NCBI GenBank assembly: GCA_031429035.1
Contig: JANOYU010000061.1
Coordinates: 38,948-102,947, forward strand
Direction of reading: 5' to 3'
Origin: Methylophilaceae bacterium
GTDB taxonomy: Bacteria > Pseudomonadota > Gammaproteobacteria > Burkholderiales > Methylophilaceae
DNA length: 64,000 nt
Of this stretch, positions 1 to 9,963 are shown piece by piece. The translations under genes were made by a program, and so were the position numbers. Positions within the stretch are counted from its first letter, which is position 1, and every line of letters starts with the position of its first letter. The notes below the pieces were generated by a model that saw nothing but the letters and a program-made list of their open reading frames with translations, had not been told where the DNA came from and did no database searches.

Positions 1-1
1 A

Positions 2-268
2 GGCGAGGAAAGTGAAAAGCGCATTTTATCTTTAGCAGGCGCAGGTACTGTAAATGAGTTCGAGCTGTATTATCGCATGCATTACCGCACCAAATTAGCC
101 GGTAGCAATTTGTGGAGCAGCCCGCAAACGGTTGAAGCGCGACGTGATTTTACTTACAGCGATGCCAATTTATTGGCCAAACAAGGCGAAGAAAAACGCT
201 TAAACGAAAACATGCAACAAGACGTGTTAAGCAACTTAATGCGCAGGCTTTCTAGCTTAAAAAAATAA
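2..268 (+). CDS. lptE: LPS assembly lipoprotein LptE (3' part, truncated by window start)
   Basis: Frame is open from base 2 (GEESEKRILSLAGAGTVNEFELYYRM...RRDFTYSDANLLAKQGEEKRLNENMQQD); LptE-like C-terminus directly upstream of holA. Confidence 0.9.
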   Translation, partial: GEESEKRILSLAGAGTVNEFELYYRMHYRTKLAGSNLWSSPQTVEARRDFTYSDANLLAKQGEEKRLNENMQQDVLSNLMRRLSSLKK

Positions 269-275
269 TTTTTGC

Positions 276-1289
276 ATGCGCATTGATTCAAACCAATTAA
301 ACCAACATTTAACCAAAACGTTATCGCCACTTTATGTGTTGGTGGGTGACGAGCCGCTTGCACAATCTGAATGCTTAGATGCGATACGTGCCGCAGCACG
401 TAAAGCTGGTGCCGACGAACGTAGTAGTTTTGTTGTAGAGCGCAACTTTAATTGGCCACAAATTACCCAGTTTGGCCAGGTGCTATCGTTATTTTCATCT
501 CAACGCCTACTCGAAATTCATATTCCCAGCGGCAAGCCAGGTATAGATGGTGGCAAAGCGCTGGTTGAGCTAGCGAACAAGTTAATTCCCGATACCACCA
601 TTATTATCACCCTGCCCGATTTAGAACGCGAGGCCAAAAATAGCGCTTGGTTTGGCGCGCTGCAAGCTGCCAGTACACTCATAGAGCTCAAAGAAATTAC
701 GCCAAACCAGCTGCCACTTTGGCTTAAAAATAGGCTAGCAGCACAAAATCAAAGTACAGATACTGCGACTTTGGCGTTTATTGCGCACCAAGTTGAGGGC
801 AATTTGCTGGCCGCGCATCAAGAAGTGCAAAAGCTCGGTTTACTTTACCCTGCGGGCGAAATTAGTGCGGGTGCGGTGCGCGAATCGGTGCTGAATGTAT
901 CGCGCTATGATGCGTTTCAGTTAGGCGACGCAGTATTGGCAGGCGATGCAGAGCGTACCACGCGCATTTTACAAGGCTTGCAAGATGAAGGCGAAACTGC
1001 GGTGGCAATAATGAACCCGTTAATGTGGGTGCTGCGGCCACTGGTGCGCATTAAGTATGCTGAGAAGAATGGCGAAAATATCAACAATGCCATGACTAAT
1101 GCGCGCATTTATGGCGATAGGCAAAATTTGGTCAAACGCGCACTGGCTAGATTAAACCTACGCACATTAGAAGCCGCATTGCAAAAACTGTGTGATATTG
1201 ATAAAACCGCCAAAGGTGTGATGCAAGGTGATGCGTGGCTGGAGCTGTCTCGGCTGTGTTTTGGTCTAGCCAAAGTCCGTAGTCGCTAG
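276..1289 (+). CDS. holA: DNA polymerase III subunit delta
   Basis: LYVLVGDEPL, SLFS and EGNLLAAHQEVQKL motifs; lptE-holA order. Confidence 0.95.
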   Translation: MRIDSNQLNQHLTKTLSPLYVLVGDEPLAQSECLDAIRAAARKAGADERSSFVVERNFNWPQITQFGQVLSLFSSQRLLEIHIPSGKPGIDGGKALVELANKLIPDTTIIITLPDLEREAKNSAWFGALQAASTLIELKEITPNQLPLWLKNRLAAQNQSTDTATLAFIAHQVEGNLLAAHQEVQKLGLLYPAGEISAGAVRESVLNVSRYDAFQLGDAVLAGDAERTTRILQGLQDEGETAVAIMNPLMWVLRPLVRIKYAEKNGENINNAMTNARIYGDRQNLVKRALARLNLRTLEAALQKLCDIDKTAKGVMQGDAWLELSRLCFGLAKVRSR

Positions 1290-1316
1290 TTTATAAGCCA
1301 GCAAAAAAGTATAATC

Positions 1317-2579
1317 ATGATTATGGACATTAAAAACTATATGCAAACTGTCGGCAAAGCAGCGCGCAAAGCCTCACGCGCGATGGCTGCGGCCGATAGC
1401 AATGCCAAAAACCAAGCGCTTATTTTTATCGCCAATGCTGTGTTGCGCGAAAAATCTGCGTTGCTTGTCGCCAACAAACAAGATTGCGATGCAGCCAAAG
1501 CCAATGGCATGGATGCAGCCATGTTAGACCGCTTGGCGATTACCGAAAAATCTATCACCAGCATGGCCGAAGGTTTGCAACAAATTGCCGCCCTGCCAGA
1601 TTTAATCGGTGAAATGTCCAACTTTAAATATCGACCAAGCGGAATACAAATTGGCCAAATGCGCGTGCCTTTGGGCGTTATCGGTATTATTTATGAGGCG
1701 CGCCCAAACGTGACTGTCGATGCGGCTGGGCTGTGCATAAAATCGGGCAATGCCTGCATTTTACGCGGTGGCAGCGAGGCCATACATTGTAACCAAGCGC
1801 TGGCAAAGTTAGTGCATGAAGGTTTGCAAAAAGCTGGTTTGCCGATAAATGCCGTGCAAGTGGTAGAGACTACAGATAGACAAGCGGTAGCCGAGCTAAT
1901 CACCATGAAAGACTATGTGGATGTGATTGTGCCGCGCGGCGGCAAAGGCCTGATTGAGCGCATTAGCGCGGATGCGCGCATCCCTGTTATCAAACATTTA
2001 GACGGTAATTGCCATGTATATATTGATGACGAAGCTGATTTTGCCAAAGCTTTAATAATTTTAGAGAATAGCAAAACGCAACGTTTAGGTACTTGCAATA
2101 CAGCAGAATCGCTGCTTATAGCGCGTTCTGTCGCCAAAACCATGTTGCCAAAACTGGCAGATATGCTCACAAAACACGGCATTGAGATCCGCGGCTGTGC
2201 AGAAACCTGCGCGCTTGTTAGTAATGCCAAAGCAGCGACGGAAGAAGATTATTACACTGAGTATTTGGCGGCAATTATCTCGTGCAAAGTTGTCAGCGGT
2301 CTAGATGAAGCCATCGCGCACATCAACCAATATTCTAGCCAACATACCGAATCTATCGTAACCGAAAACTATACCAAAGCGCGCCGATTCTTGCGTGAGA
2401 TCGACTCTAGCTCGGTGATGGTGAACGCATCCACTAGGTTTGCCGATGGTTTTGAATATGGCTTGGGCGCAGAAATTGGTATCTCGACTGATAAGCTACA
2501 CGCGCGCGGTCCTGTTGGTTTAGAAGGATTAACATCGCTTAAGTATGTGGTACTTGGCGATGGTCACGTGCGAAAATAG
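1317..2579 (+). CDS. proA: Glutamate-5-semialdehyde dehydrogenase
   Basis: [57 protein letters not shown]. Confidence 0.97.
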   Translation: MIMDIKNYMQTVGKAARKASRAMAAADSNAKNQALIFIANAVLREKSALLVANKQDCDAAKANGMDAAMLDRLAITEKSITSMAEGLQQIAALPDLIGEMSNFKYRPSGIQIGQMRVPLGVIGIIYEARPNVTVDAAGLCIKSGNACILRGGSEAIHCNQALAKLVHEGLQKAGLPINAVQVVETTDRQAVAELITMKDYVDVIVPRGGKGLIERISADARIPVIKHLDGNCHVYIDDEADFAKALIILENSKTQRLGTCNTAESLLIARSVAKTMLPKLADMLTKHGIEIRGCAETCALVSNAKAATEEDYYTEYLAAIISCKVVSGLDEAIAHINQYSSQHTESIVTENYTKARRFLREIDSSSVMVNASTRFADGFEYGLGAEIGISTDKLHARGPVGLEGLTSLKYVVLGDGHVRK

Positions 2580-2580
2580 C

Positions 2581-2617
2581 AAGGCTGCAAGCCAATACCA
2601 GAGCGGCTTCCAGAGCA
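2581..2617 (+). repeat. 37-bp dyad motif copy (intergenic, proA-nadD)
   Basis: aaggctgcaagcc-aataccagagc-ggcttccagagca. Confidence 0.75.
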
Positions 2618-2650
2618 TTGGTTTGAATAACATGATAAAAGGCTTTTGAA

Positions 2651-3295
2651 TTGAAGCTTATTGGTTTGCTTGGCGGTACGTTTAATCCCATCCATTTTGG
2701 TCATTTGCGCATGGCGCAAGAGTTGGCCGATGCACTAAACCTTGACGAAGTACGATTTATTCCCGCCGCCAACCCGCCGCATAAAACTACGCCAACTGTT
2801 TCTGCCCAGCAACGTGCAGCCATGGTGCAACTGGCGATTGACGATAATCCACTTTTTAAATTAGACGCGCGTGAGCTTGAAAGAGCGGGCGCATCTTATA
2901 CCATTGATACGCTGATTTCTTTGCGTGAGGAATTGGGCAGCAAGGCATCGCTTTTTTTAATGATGGGCAGCGATGCGTTTACCAAACTGGATAGTTGGCA
3001 TCGCTGGGACGAGCTATTAAATTACTGCCATATTATTTTGGTGCAAAGGCCAAACGCTAAATCTGAAAAATTGTCTGACAAAATGACCACGTTTTTAAGC
3101 CAACATTACACAGAAAATTTGGATGATTTAGCAGAAAAAACAGCAGGTTATATACACATGCAAGCCATTACTGCACAAGATATTTCGGCAACTCACATTC
3201 GTGAAAAGCTAGCCACTGGCAACAGCGCAAAATATTTAATGCCCGATACAGTGCTGGCTTACATTCAACAACAGCAACTTTACAAAGCGCTATAA
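2651..3295 (+). CDS. nadD: Nicotinate-nucleotide adenylyltransferase (TTG start)
   Basis: GGTFNPIHFGH, PPHK, SYTIDTL, ISATHIR. Confidence 0.96.
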   Translation: MKLIGLLGGTFNPIHFGHLRMAQELADALNLDEVRFIPAANPPHKTTPTVSAQQRAAMVQLAIDDNPLFKLDARELERAGASYTIDTLISLREELGSKASLFLMMGSDAFTKLDSWHRWDELLNYCHIILVQRPNAKSEKLSDKMTTFLSQHYTENLDDLAEKTAGYIHMQAITAQDISATHIREKLATGNSAKYLMPDTVLAYIQQQQLYKAL

Positions 3296-3924
3296 GCCAA
3301 ACTAAACAATTTTGGCGCTTGAATACGCGCTTCCAAAGTCGATTCATTTTCGGCCAAGGCAGGCATATTTGGCTCAATTTGATTGGCCACCCAGCCATGC
3401 AAAGTTAACTTGCGTGCTGTTATCGCTTCCACAGTCAGCAAGCTATGGTTAATGCAACCCAGACGCATGCCAACCACTAAAATAATCGGAATATTCAATG
3501 CCACCGCCAAATCGGCCATCGTTTGCTTGCTATTTAGCGGCGCTGAATTTAAAGGTACTAGAAATCCACCCGCACCTTCTACAATCACAGTATCCGCCAG
3601 CTTAGTTAAGGCTTCAAATGATTGTTGAATCACCGAAATTTCAATTTCAACACCTGCGCTTTCTGCAGCAATATGCGGGGCTATTGGCTCTTTAAAACTG
3701 TAAGGGTTTACTAAGTGGCGCGGCGCTTTTACATTGCTAGCAGCTTCTAGTTTTAGCACATCTTCGTTCACACATGCACCATCTACAAACTCGCAGCCAG
3801 CAGCGACTGGTTTCATGCCGATAACTTTGTAACCTTGCGCAACGTAATCACGAATAAGCTTACAAGCAACGTGGGTTTTGCCGACAGAAGTATCTGTTCC
3901 AGTAACGAAGTAGGCAGCCTTCAT
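3280..3924 (-). CDS. bioD: Dethiobiotin synthase
   Basis: FVTGTDTSVGKT, KPVAAG, VEGAGG, LGCINH. Confidence 0.96.
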   Translation of the reverse strand: MKAAYFVTGTDTSVGKTHVACKLIRDYVAQGYKVIGMKPVAAGCEFVDGACVNEDVLKLEAASNVKAPRHLVNPYSFKEPIAPHIAAESAGVEIEISVIQQSFEALTKLADTVIVEGAGGFLVPLNSAPLNSKQTMADLAVALNIPIILVVGMRLGCINHSLLTVEAITARKLTLHGWVANQIEPNMPALAENESTLEARIQAPKLFSLAYSAL

Positions 3925-4808
3925 TTACGTTTTACAAATTCGATAGGGGAAAACTCCTGCCCTGCAGGCCGCATGGATACTGGCCTCCAGGCATGCCCAT
4001 AAATCACTTCAAAGGTGGCTGGCAGCTTGCCGCCATCTTCTTTTAAGCCCAGTCTAAATTGCTCATAATTTTGCGTTAGGTTTTGCAAAAATCCTTTGCC
4101 TTGCAAGCCGCGTGCGCGGCCAGCAGTCGCATTGTGTGCGCCTATGCTTTTTAAGTCGGTCATCACACCTTTTACATTGTCATAAGTCAGCGTGTAATGC
4201 TCTACATCCAACACTGGCGCGCTAAAGCCAGCACGCGTGAGCGCGTCGCCAATATCGTGCATATCGATAAAGCGGCTAACGTGGGTATGTCCATTGCTGG
4301 AAGCGGCACGCAGCTCTTTCAGCGTATCTGGCCCAAATGTACTAAATATAAATAAACCTTCTGGCTGCAACACCCGCGCCGCTTCGGTAAAAGCCGCATC
4401 TAAATCATTACACCATTGCAAGGCCAAGTTACTCCATAACAAATTAGTGCTGTTGCTGGCAATGGGCAGGCTTTCAATATCGGCGCACAATAAATGTTGC
4501 TGACTGAATAATTTATTAAAAAAAGGCCGTTGTTGCTTAGTCTTTTGCAGCATGCCAAGCGCTACATCTAGCGAAATGACTTGCGCGTTTTTAAACTTTT
4601 TTTGCAATGCAAAGCTGCCAGCACCAGTGCCACAACCCGCATCTAGTATGGCTTGCGGGGCGATAGCAATCAAACTTAAACGATCCAACATTTCTTCGCG
4701 CACGCGTTTTTGCAACACGGCGGCGGCATCATAACTATTGGCCGCGCGATTAAATGATGCACGCACGCGCGCTTTGTCTATTCGATACGCATCGACAATA
4801 GCATCCAT
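3921..4808 (-). CDS. bioC: Malonyl-ACP O-methyltransferase
   Basis: FNRAANSYDAAAVLQ, LDAGCGTG SAM motif, SNLALQW; bio operon context. Confidence 0.95.
   Translation of the reverse strand: MDAIVDAYRIDKARVRASFNRAANSYDAAAVLQKRVREEMLDRLSLIAIAPQAILDAGCGTGAGSFALQKKFKNAQVISLDVALGMLQKTKQQRPFFNKLFSQQHLLCADIESLPIASNSTNLLWSNLALQWCNDLDAAFTEAARVLQPEGLFIFSTFGPDTLKELRAASSNGHTHVSRFIDMHDIGDALTRAGFSAPVLDVEHYTLTYDNVKGVMTDLKSIGAHNATAGRARGLQGKGFLQNLTQNYEQFRLGLKEDGGKLPATFEVIYGHAWRPVSMRPAGQEFSPIEFVKRK
3958..3994 (-). repeat. 37-bp dyad motif copy inside bioC 3' end
   Basis: + strand tgccctgcaggcc-gcatggatact-ggcctccaggcat; encodes AWRPVSMRPAGQ. Confidence 0.8.
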
Positions 4809-5578
4809 TAAACGGTGGGCTCTAAAAACTGGTTGAGCGTTTCAATAAATTGATCGGTATGCGATAAAAATGGCGCATGCGCCGCACCTGAAATCACCCG
4901 CAAAAAACCTATCGGCAATTGTTGCATCATCCAATGTGCGGCTTGCACTGGTGCCAAAGTGTCGCGATCACCATGAATTAACAAAGTAGGTTTACGAATT
5001 AGCGGAATTTCATCACGCAAATCAGAATCTAATAAAATATTTAAGGCTCGGCCAAGTGTCGTTTGCGTAGGTGTTGGGCGGGTTTCAAAACTTTGACGTA
5101 TTTGTCTGATGACAGCGCGTCGATCGCTAGATTGCATGCACTGCAAAGTTAAAAATTGCAGCATGGCGGCCTTGTAATCGTGGCTAACGTTATCGGCAAA
5201 GGTCTCAAAATTGGTGGGGTCTATGCCTGCATCCCAGCCTGCTTTGCTAACAAAACAAGGCGTTGTGCCGCATAAAATAAGGCGGCGAATGCGGTCAGGC
5301 TGGTTTAAAGCAATACGTTGTGCCACCAAGCCACCAAACGACCAACCTAACACATCTGATACGCCTGGAATTTGCTGCGCCACTTCATCGGCAATGGCAT
5401 GTAAGTGAAACGGCTCTATCGGGCGACTATTACCATGGCCAGGCAAGTCGACCAGATACAACATATATTTAGCTGATAAACGCTTAATTAATGGCTGCCA
5501 AACGCCACTATGCATACCCCAGCCGTGCAGCATTACCAATGGTTGGCCTTGGCCAATAATATCTACATGAACGCTCAT
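4808..5578 (-). CDS. bioH: Pimeloyl-ACP methyl ester esterase
   Basis: LHGWG, DLPGHG, GWSFGG nucleophile elbow, AHAPFLSH. Confidence 0.95.
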   Translation of the reverse strand: MSVHVDIIGQGQPLVMLHGWGMHSGVWQPLIKRLSAKYMLYLVDLPGHGNSRPIEPFHLHAIADEVAQQIPGVSDVLGWSFGGLVAQRIALNQPDRIRRLILCGTTPCFVSKAGWDAGIDPTNFETFADNVSHDYKAAMLQFLTLQCMQSSDRRAVIRQIRQSFETRPTPTQTTLGRALNILLDSDLRDEIPLIRKPTLLIHGDRDTLAPVQAAHWMMQQLPIGFLRVISGAAHAPFLSHTDQFIETLNQFLEPTV

Positions 5579-6735
5579 ATCATTACCTTCTCTGCATTAT
5601 TTAGCGCTTCTGCTAACTTAATCACATCTTGCTCGCTGTGCGCGGCACTAAGCGAAATGCGCAATCTACCCGTGTTAACTGGCACCGTAGGTGGCCGTAT
5701 CGCAGGCACTAAAATGCCTTGCATTTGTAAGTGTTCACTTAAGCTAAGAACCGCTTGGTTACTGCCAACTATCAACGGTTGCACGGCAGTATTAGATGGC
5801 AATAACTGCCAAGTTTTTAGCTGCAAATTTGCCTTTAGCTTGGCAATTAAATGCTGCAAATGCGCACGCAAATCGTCACCGTTTTCGATTAAATTTAACG
5901 ATGCCGATAAGGTTGCAGAAAGCGCAGGTGGTGCTGGCGTACTGTAAACATAGCTTTTTGCCGTTTGAATTAAATAATCAACAACCACTTGCTGACCCGC
6001 CACAAATGCACCAGCTACACCCGCTGCTTTACCCAGCGTTGCCATGTAAATAATGCGTGGCGAGGAAATATTAAAATGGCTTAAACTGCCACGCCCATTT
6101 TGACCCAGCACGCCAAAACCATGCGCATCATCTACATATAAATAGGCATCATATTGTTCACATAACGCTAAATATTGTGGAATCGGCGCAATATCGCCAT
6201 CCATACTAAACACCGCATCTACGGCAATTAATTTGTGTTTTGCAGTGCTGGCTTTTAATAATTTTTCTAACGCTGTCACATCGTTGTGCGCAAATCGGTC
6301 AAATTGTGCCAGCGAATAATAGCCGCCGTCATTCAAGCAGGCATGATTTAATTTATCGGCAAAAATCGCGTCACCACGCCCTACCAGCGCGCCTAGCACA
6401 CCAATATTGGCCATGTAACCTGTGCTAAACACCAAGGCAGCAGGCATTTGCACAAACTTTGCCAGCTGCTTTTCTAAATTATCATGATAACGATGATGAC
6501 CTGTTATTAAATTAGAAGCCCCACTGCCCACACCCGAATCACCCGCCGCTGCTTGCATGGCACAAATCAGCTCGGGGTGATTGGCCAAACCCAAATAATC
6601 GTTACTACAAAATGACAAATATTTTTTGTCATTTGTAACAATATGCTCCGCTTGCGGCGAATCTAATAGCCTGCGTTGACGCAATAAGCCATCGGCTTGG
6701 CGTTGATCTAACTGTTTTTGTAACGCATTTAGCAT
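5575..6735 (-). CDS. bioF: 8-amino-7-oxononanoate synthase
   Basis: FCSNDYLGLA, VFSMDGD, DDAHGFGV, TLGKA, AIRPPTVP. Confidence 0.97.
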   Translation of the reverse strand: MLNALQKQLDQRQADGLLRQRRLLDSPQAEHIVTNDKKYLSFCSNDYLGLANHPELICAMQAAAGDSGVGSGASNLITGHHRYHDNLEKQLAKFVQMPAALVFSTGYMANIGVLGALVGRGDAIFADKLNHACLNDGGYYSLAQFDRFAHNDVTALEKLLKASTAKHKLIAVDAVFSMDGDIAPIPQYLALCEQYDAYLYVDDAHGFGVLGQNGRGSLSHFNISSPRIIYMATLGKAAGVAGAFVAGQQVVVDYLIQTAKSYVYSTPAPPALSATLSASLNLIENGDDLRAHLQHLIAKLKANLQLKTWQLLPSNTAVQPLIVGSNQAVLSLSEHLQMQGILVPAIRPPTVPVNTGRLRISLSAAHSEQDVIKLAEALNNAEKVMI

Positions 6736-6757
6736 AGATTAAACTTCTTTAAACCAC

Positions 6758-6782
6758 GTCATTCCCGCGTAGGCGGGAATCC
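6758..6782. repeat. dRS3-like palindromic repeat ATTCCC-N8-GGGAAT
   Basis: gtcATTCCCgcgtaggcGGGAATcc between bioB and bioF. Confidence 0.85.
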
Positions 6783-6934
6783 AGGTCACTTACATGCCAA
6801 CTTATGTAACTAGCTGCTGCGCGTTGCGCCGTTTTATAGCTGCCATGCCAAAATAGCATATGTAAGCTACTCACAAAAAAATGTCCCTTGACTAGATTGC
6901 TGGCTGCTCGGCAATGACGATATTGGATGTTGCA

Positions 6935-7951
6935 TTAGATTTTATTGATACCTAATTTATCAAATAATGCTCTATCCGTCGCCGCCTCTGGATTGCCTGT
7001 AGTTAGCAATTTTTCACCGTAAAAAATAGAATTTGCACCTGCAAGAAAACATAAAGCCTGAATGCCTTCATGCATGCTTTGGCGCCCTGCAGATAAACGC
7101 ACATAGCTTGCTGGCATGGTGATGCGCGCTGCAGCAATGGTGCGTACAAATTCAATTGGGTCTAACTCATCCGTGCCGTGTAATGGCGTGCCTTCTACTT
7201 GTGTTAATAAATTAATCGGCACGCTTTCTGGCGGTTTTTCCATATTTGCCAATTGTGCCAGCAAGCCAGCGCGTTGATTGCGCGTTTCGCCCATGCCGAT
7301 AATGCCGCCGCTGCACACGTTAATATCGGCGCTTCTAACGCGGCCAAGCGTATCTAGGCGGTCTTGGTAAGTGCGCGTCGAAATCACATCGCCATAAAAC
7401 TCAGGCGCGGTGTCCAAGTTGTGATTGTAAAAATCTAGCCCCGCGTCTTTTAATTGCTCGGCCTGGCCATCTTTTAACATGCCAAGTGTGGCGCAAGTTT
7501 CCAAACCCATCGCTTTTACTTCGGCAATCATTTTCAACACAGGCTCTAAATCGCGCTGTTTTGGCCCGCGCCAAGCTGCGCCCATGCAAAAACGGGTGGC
7601 GCCACTATTTTGCGCTTCTTTTGCGGCAGCAAGCACGTCTTCCAACTTCATCAGTGGCTCGTCTTCCACTTCGGTATGGTAACGCGCTGCTTGCGGGCAA
7701 TAACCGCAATCTTCACTGCAACCACCTGTTTTTATGGATAAAAGCGTGCTGACTTGCACCGCGTTTGGGTTAAAGTTTTCGCGATGCACTGTTTGCGCTT
7801 TGTTCATTAAATCGCTAAATGGCAACTCAAACAACGCGACGATTTCATCAACCGACCAACGGTTTACAGTGACATTTTCCGTTTTACAGGTTTTTAGCAA
7901 CTCTGTGTTTATAATGGCTGTATTAGCAGGGTTTTGCGTGGTTTCTAACAT
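6935..7951 (-). CDS. bioB: Biotin synthase (radical SAM)
   Basis: [10 protein letters not shown] cluster motif, [16 protein letters not shown]; ATG at 7951 preferred over TTG at 7957. Confidence 0.97.
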   Translation of the reverse strand: MLETTQNPANTAIINTELLKTCKTENVTVNRWSVDEIVALFELPFSDLMNKAQTVHRENFNPNAVQVSTLLSIKTGGCSEDCGYCPQAARYHTEVEDEPLMKLEDVLAAAKEAQNSGATRFCMGAAWRGPKQRDLEPVLKMIAEVKAMGLETCATLGMLKDGQAEQLKDAGLDFYNHNLDTAPEFYGDVISTRTYQDRLDTLGRVRSADINVCSGGIIGMGETRNQRAGLLAQLANMEKPPESVPINLLTQVEGTPLHGTDELDPIEFVRTIAAARITMPASYVRLSAGRQSMHEGIQALCFLAGANSIFYGEKLLTTGNPEAATDRALFDKLGINKI

Positions 7952-8022
7952 AAGCAAGCTTTCTAATTTAAAATCATATATGTACCTGATTTAACAAGGC
8001 AATTATAAGCTGTAAAGATAAT

Positions 8023-8799
8023 ATGAAGCAACTGCTAAACAAATGGTTAATAAATAGTCAACTGTCAAATTACGAATTTAATATTAGCGCTATTAAGCGC
8101 ATCGTTTTTAAACCACACTGTGTTTTATGCAAGCAAAATATCGAGCAAAGTGACAAGCAACTACTCGCTAGCATCCATGCGGTCTGCAGGCCATGCCTAA
8201 ATGAGCTGCCTTGGCATGCAAAAACCAGCTGCCCACAATGTGGTTTGAGCAGTAATGGCATAGTTTGCGGCAGCTGTTTAAATAGCCCGCCCGATTTTGA
8301 TGTGACAAAAGCAGTATTTTTGTACACCTACCCAATTGACGCGATGATGTTGCGCTATAAATATGGTAATAGTTTAAATTTAGGTGACACTTTTGGCGAA
8401 TTTTTAGCCGAAAAAGTGAATATTGAGGATTGCTTAAAAAGCATCGATTTAATCATGCCCATGCCCATGCACCCGCAACGGTTAAAAGAGCGTGGCTTTA
8501 ACCAAGCACTGGAAATTGCTAAAGTTTTAGGTAAAAACCACAAAGAAAAACTAGACTATAAAAGTGTGATTCGCCAAACGCTAACCCCGCCACAAGCCAG
8601 CCTGCCGCTTAAAGAGCGCGTTAAAAACATCAAAGGCGCGTTTAAAGTGAATGCTGACTTGGCAGACAAGAGAATCGCCATCGTTGATGACGTAATGACT
8701 ACAGGTGCCAGCTTAAACGAACTCGCCAAAACCCTTAAAAAAGCCGGTGCGGCTCATGTAGAATGCTGGGTTATCGCTAGAACTTTGCCGCACAAATAA
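8023..8799 (+). CDS. comF: ComF family protein (double zinc ribbon + PRTase-like); start uncertain
   Basis: CVLC/CRPC/CPQC/CGSC, RGFNQA, IVDDVMTTGASL; divergent from bioB. Confidence 0.9.
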   Translation: MKQLLNKWLINSQLSNYEFNISAIKRIVFKPHCVLCKQNIEQSDKQLLASIHAVCRPCLNELPWHAKTSCPQCGLSSNGIVCGSCLNSPPDFDVTKAVFLYTYPIDAMMLRYKYGNSLNLGDTFGEFLAEKVNIEDCLKSIDLIMPMPMHPQRLKERGFNQALEIAKVLGKNHKEKLDYKSVIRQTLTPPQASLPLKERVKNIKGAFKVNADLADKRIAIVDDVMTTGASLNELAKTLKKAGAAHVECWVIARTLPHK

Positions 8800-8839
8800 T
8801 CAGTATTTATTGCCATTAGTTGCTGGCTAATTATTTAGG

Positions 8840-8876
8840 TGCTCTACAGGCCTTATAGATACTGGCTTGCAGAGGC
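8840..8876 (-). repeat. 37-bp dyad motif copy (intergenic, comF-trmL)
   Basis: tgctctacaggcc-ttatagatact-ggcttgcagaggc. Confidence 0.75.
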
Positions 8877-8924
8877 ATTGTTCATTCTCGTATATATTAA
8901 CTGGTGTTAAAAGATAAATAATTT

Positions 8925-9389
8925 ATGTTCCATATCGCATTATTCGAGCCTGAAATTCCGCCCAATACCGGCAATATTATTCGCTTGTGCGCCAATACTG
9001 GCGCGCAATTACACTTAATTGAACCATTGGGATTTAAGCTGGAAGATAAACAACTAAAACGCGCGGGTTTGGATTATCACGAATATGCGAATTTAACTTT
9101 GCATAAAAATTGGGCTGATTTTAAGCTGGCAATGGCAGGCAAGCGCCTATTTGCAATCACCACCAAAGGTAGCCAAAACTACGCAAACGTGCAATTTAAA
9201 GCAGGCGATGTATTTGTGTTTGGCCCCGAAACGCGCGGCCTGCCAGATGAAATTCGCGCAGAATTTTTACCCGAAGCAAGATTGCGCTTGCCGATGCTGG
9301 CGGATAGCCGCAGTTTGAATTTATCCAATAGTGCTGCTGTGTTGTTGTATGAGGCTTGGCGGCAGCTAGACTTTAAGCATGGACTATAA
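8925..9389 (+). CDS. trmL: tRNA (cytidine/uridine-34 2'-O)-methyltransferase
   Basis: [39 protein letters not shown]. Confidence 0.96.
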   Translation: MFHIALFEPEIPPNTGNIIRLCANTGAQLHLIEPLGFKLEDKQLKRAGLDYHEYANLTLHKNWADFKLAMAGKRLFAITTKGSQNYANVQFKAGDVFVFGPETRGLPDEIRAEFLPEARLRLPMLADSRSLNLSNSAAVLLYEAWRQLDFKHGL

Positions 9390-9489
9390 GCCGCATGGCC
9401 TATAAGGGCTATTGGAAAGCTTTGATTTATTTCAATAATTTAGGTAAAGTGGTGGGTCTTGCTAGTTTTTGAGAGTAGAAGTTATTGAG

Positions 9490-9960
9490 ATGGCTAACTT
9501 TGCTTTTCCCAACCTGTTTTTGCCTAGCCTGGCTAGTTTAGACTTAATTGTTATAGCAATTATTTTGCTGGCTATATGCTTTTGGTTGGTGGCTTTTAAG
9601 TCTGAGGCACGCTTTAAAAAAAGCCTACAAAAATTATCTGATAACTCTCTATACGAATCGCAATTCAAATGCGTATTGTTTAACGCGGGCAATAATCCAT
9701 GCAAACTAGCGCTTAAATTTGAAATCACGCCGATACTCATCAAAAATACACCTAGCTTGCCTTTGCATGGTTGCAACGCACAAAAATGTAGTTGCAGCTT
9801 ATTGCAACACGACGATAGACGTACAGGTAACGATAGGCGAGATAAAGAAGTTTTAGATAAAAGAAGAAAATCTATTTACGCGAATAAGCGCTTATTAAAA
9901 GACCGCAGAAGAGCCTCTATTAGAGAGTTTTTATTGCCACAGTATAGAGTTTTTAGTTAG
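9490..9960 (+). CDS. Hypothetical single-pass membrane protein with Cys cluster and DRR repeats
   Basis: Hydrophobic N-terminal helix; PSLPLHGCNAQKCSC...HDDRRTGNDRR; ATG at 9490 assumed. Confidence 0.65.
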   Translation: MANFAFPNLFLPSLASLDLIVIAIILLAICFWLVAFKSEARFKKSLQKLSDNSLYESQFKCVLFNAGNNPCKLALKFEITPILIKNTPSLPLHGCNAQKCSCSLLQHDDRRTGNDRRDKEVLDKRRKSIYANKRLLKDRRRASIREFLLPQYRVFS

Positions 9961-9963
9961 TTT

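Noticed and set aside
7840-8080. BirA operator at bioB/comF
   Set aside because: TGTAAA and GGTTTACA half-sites are present but not at the expected ~15-bp dyad spacing.
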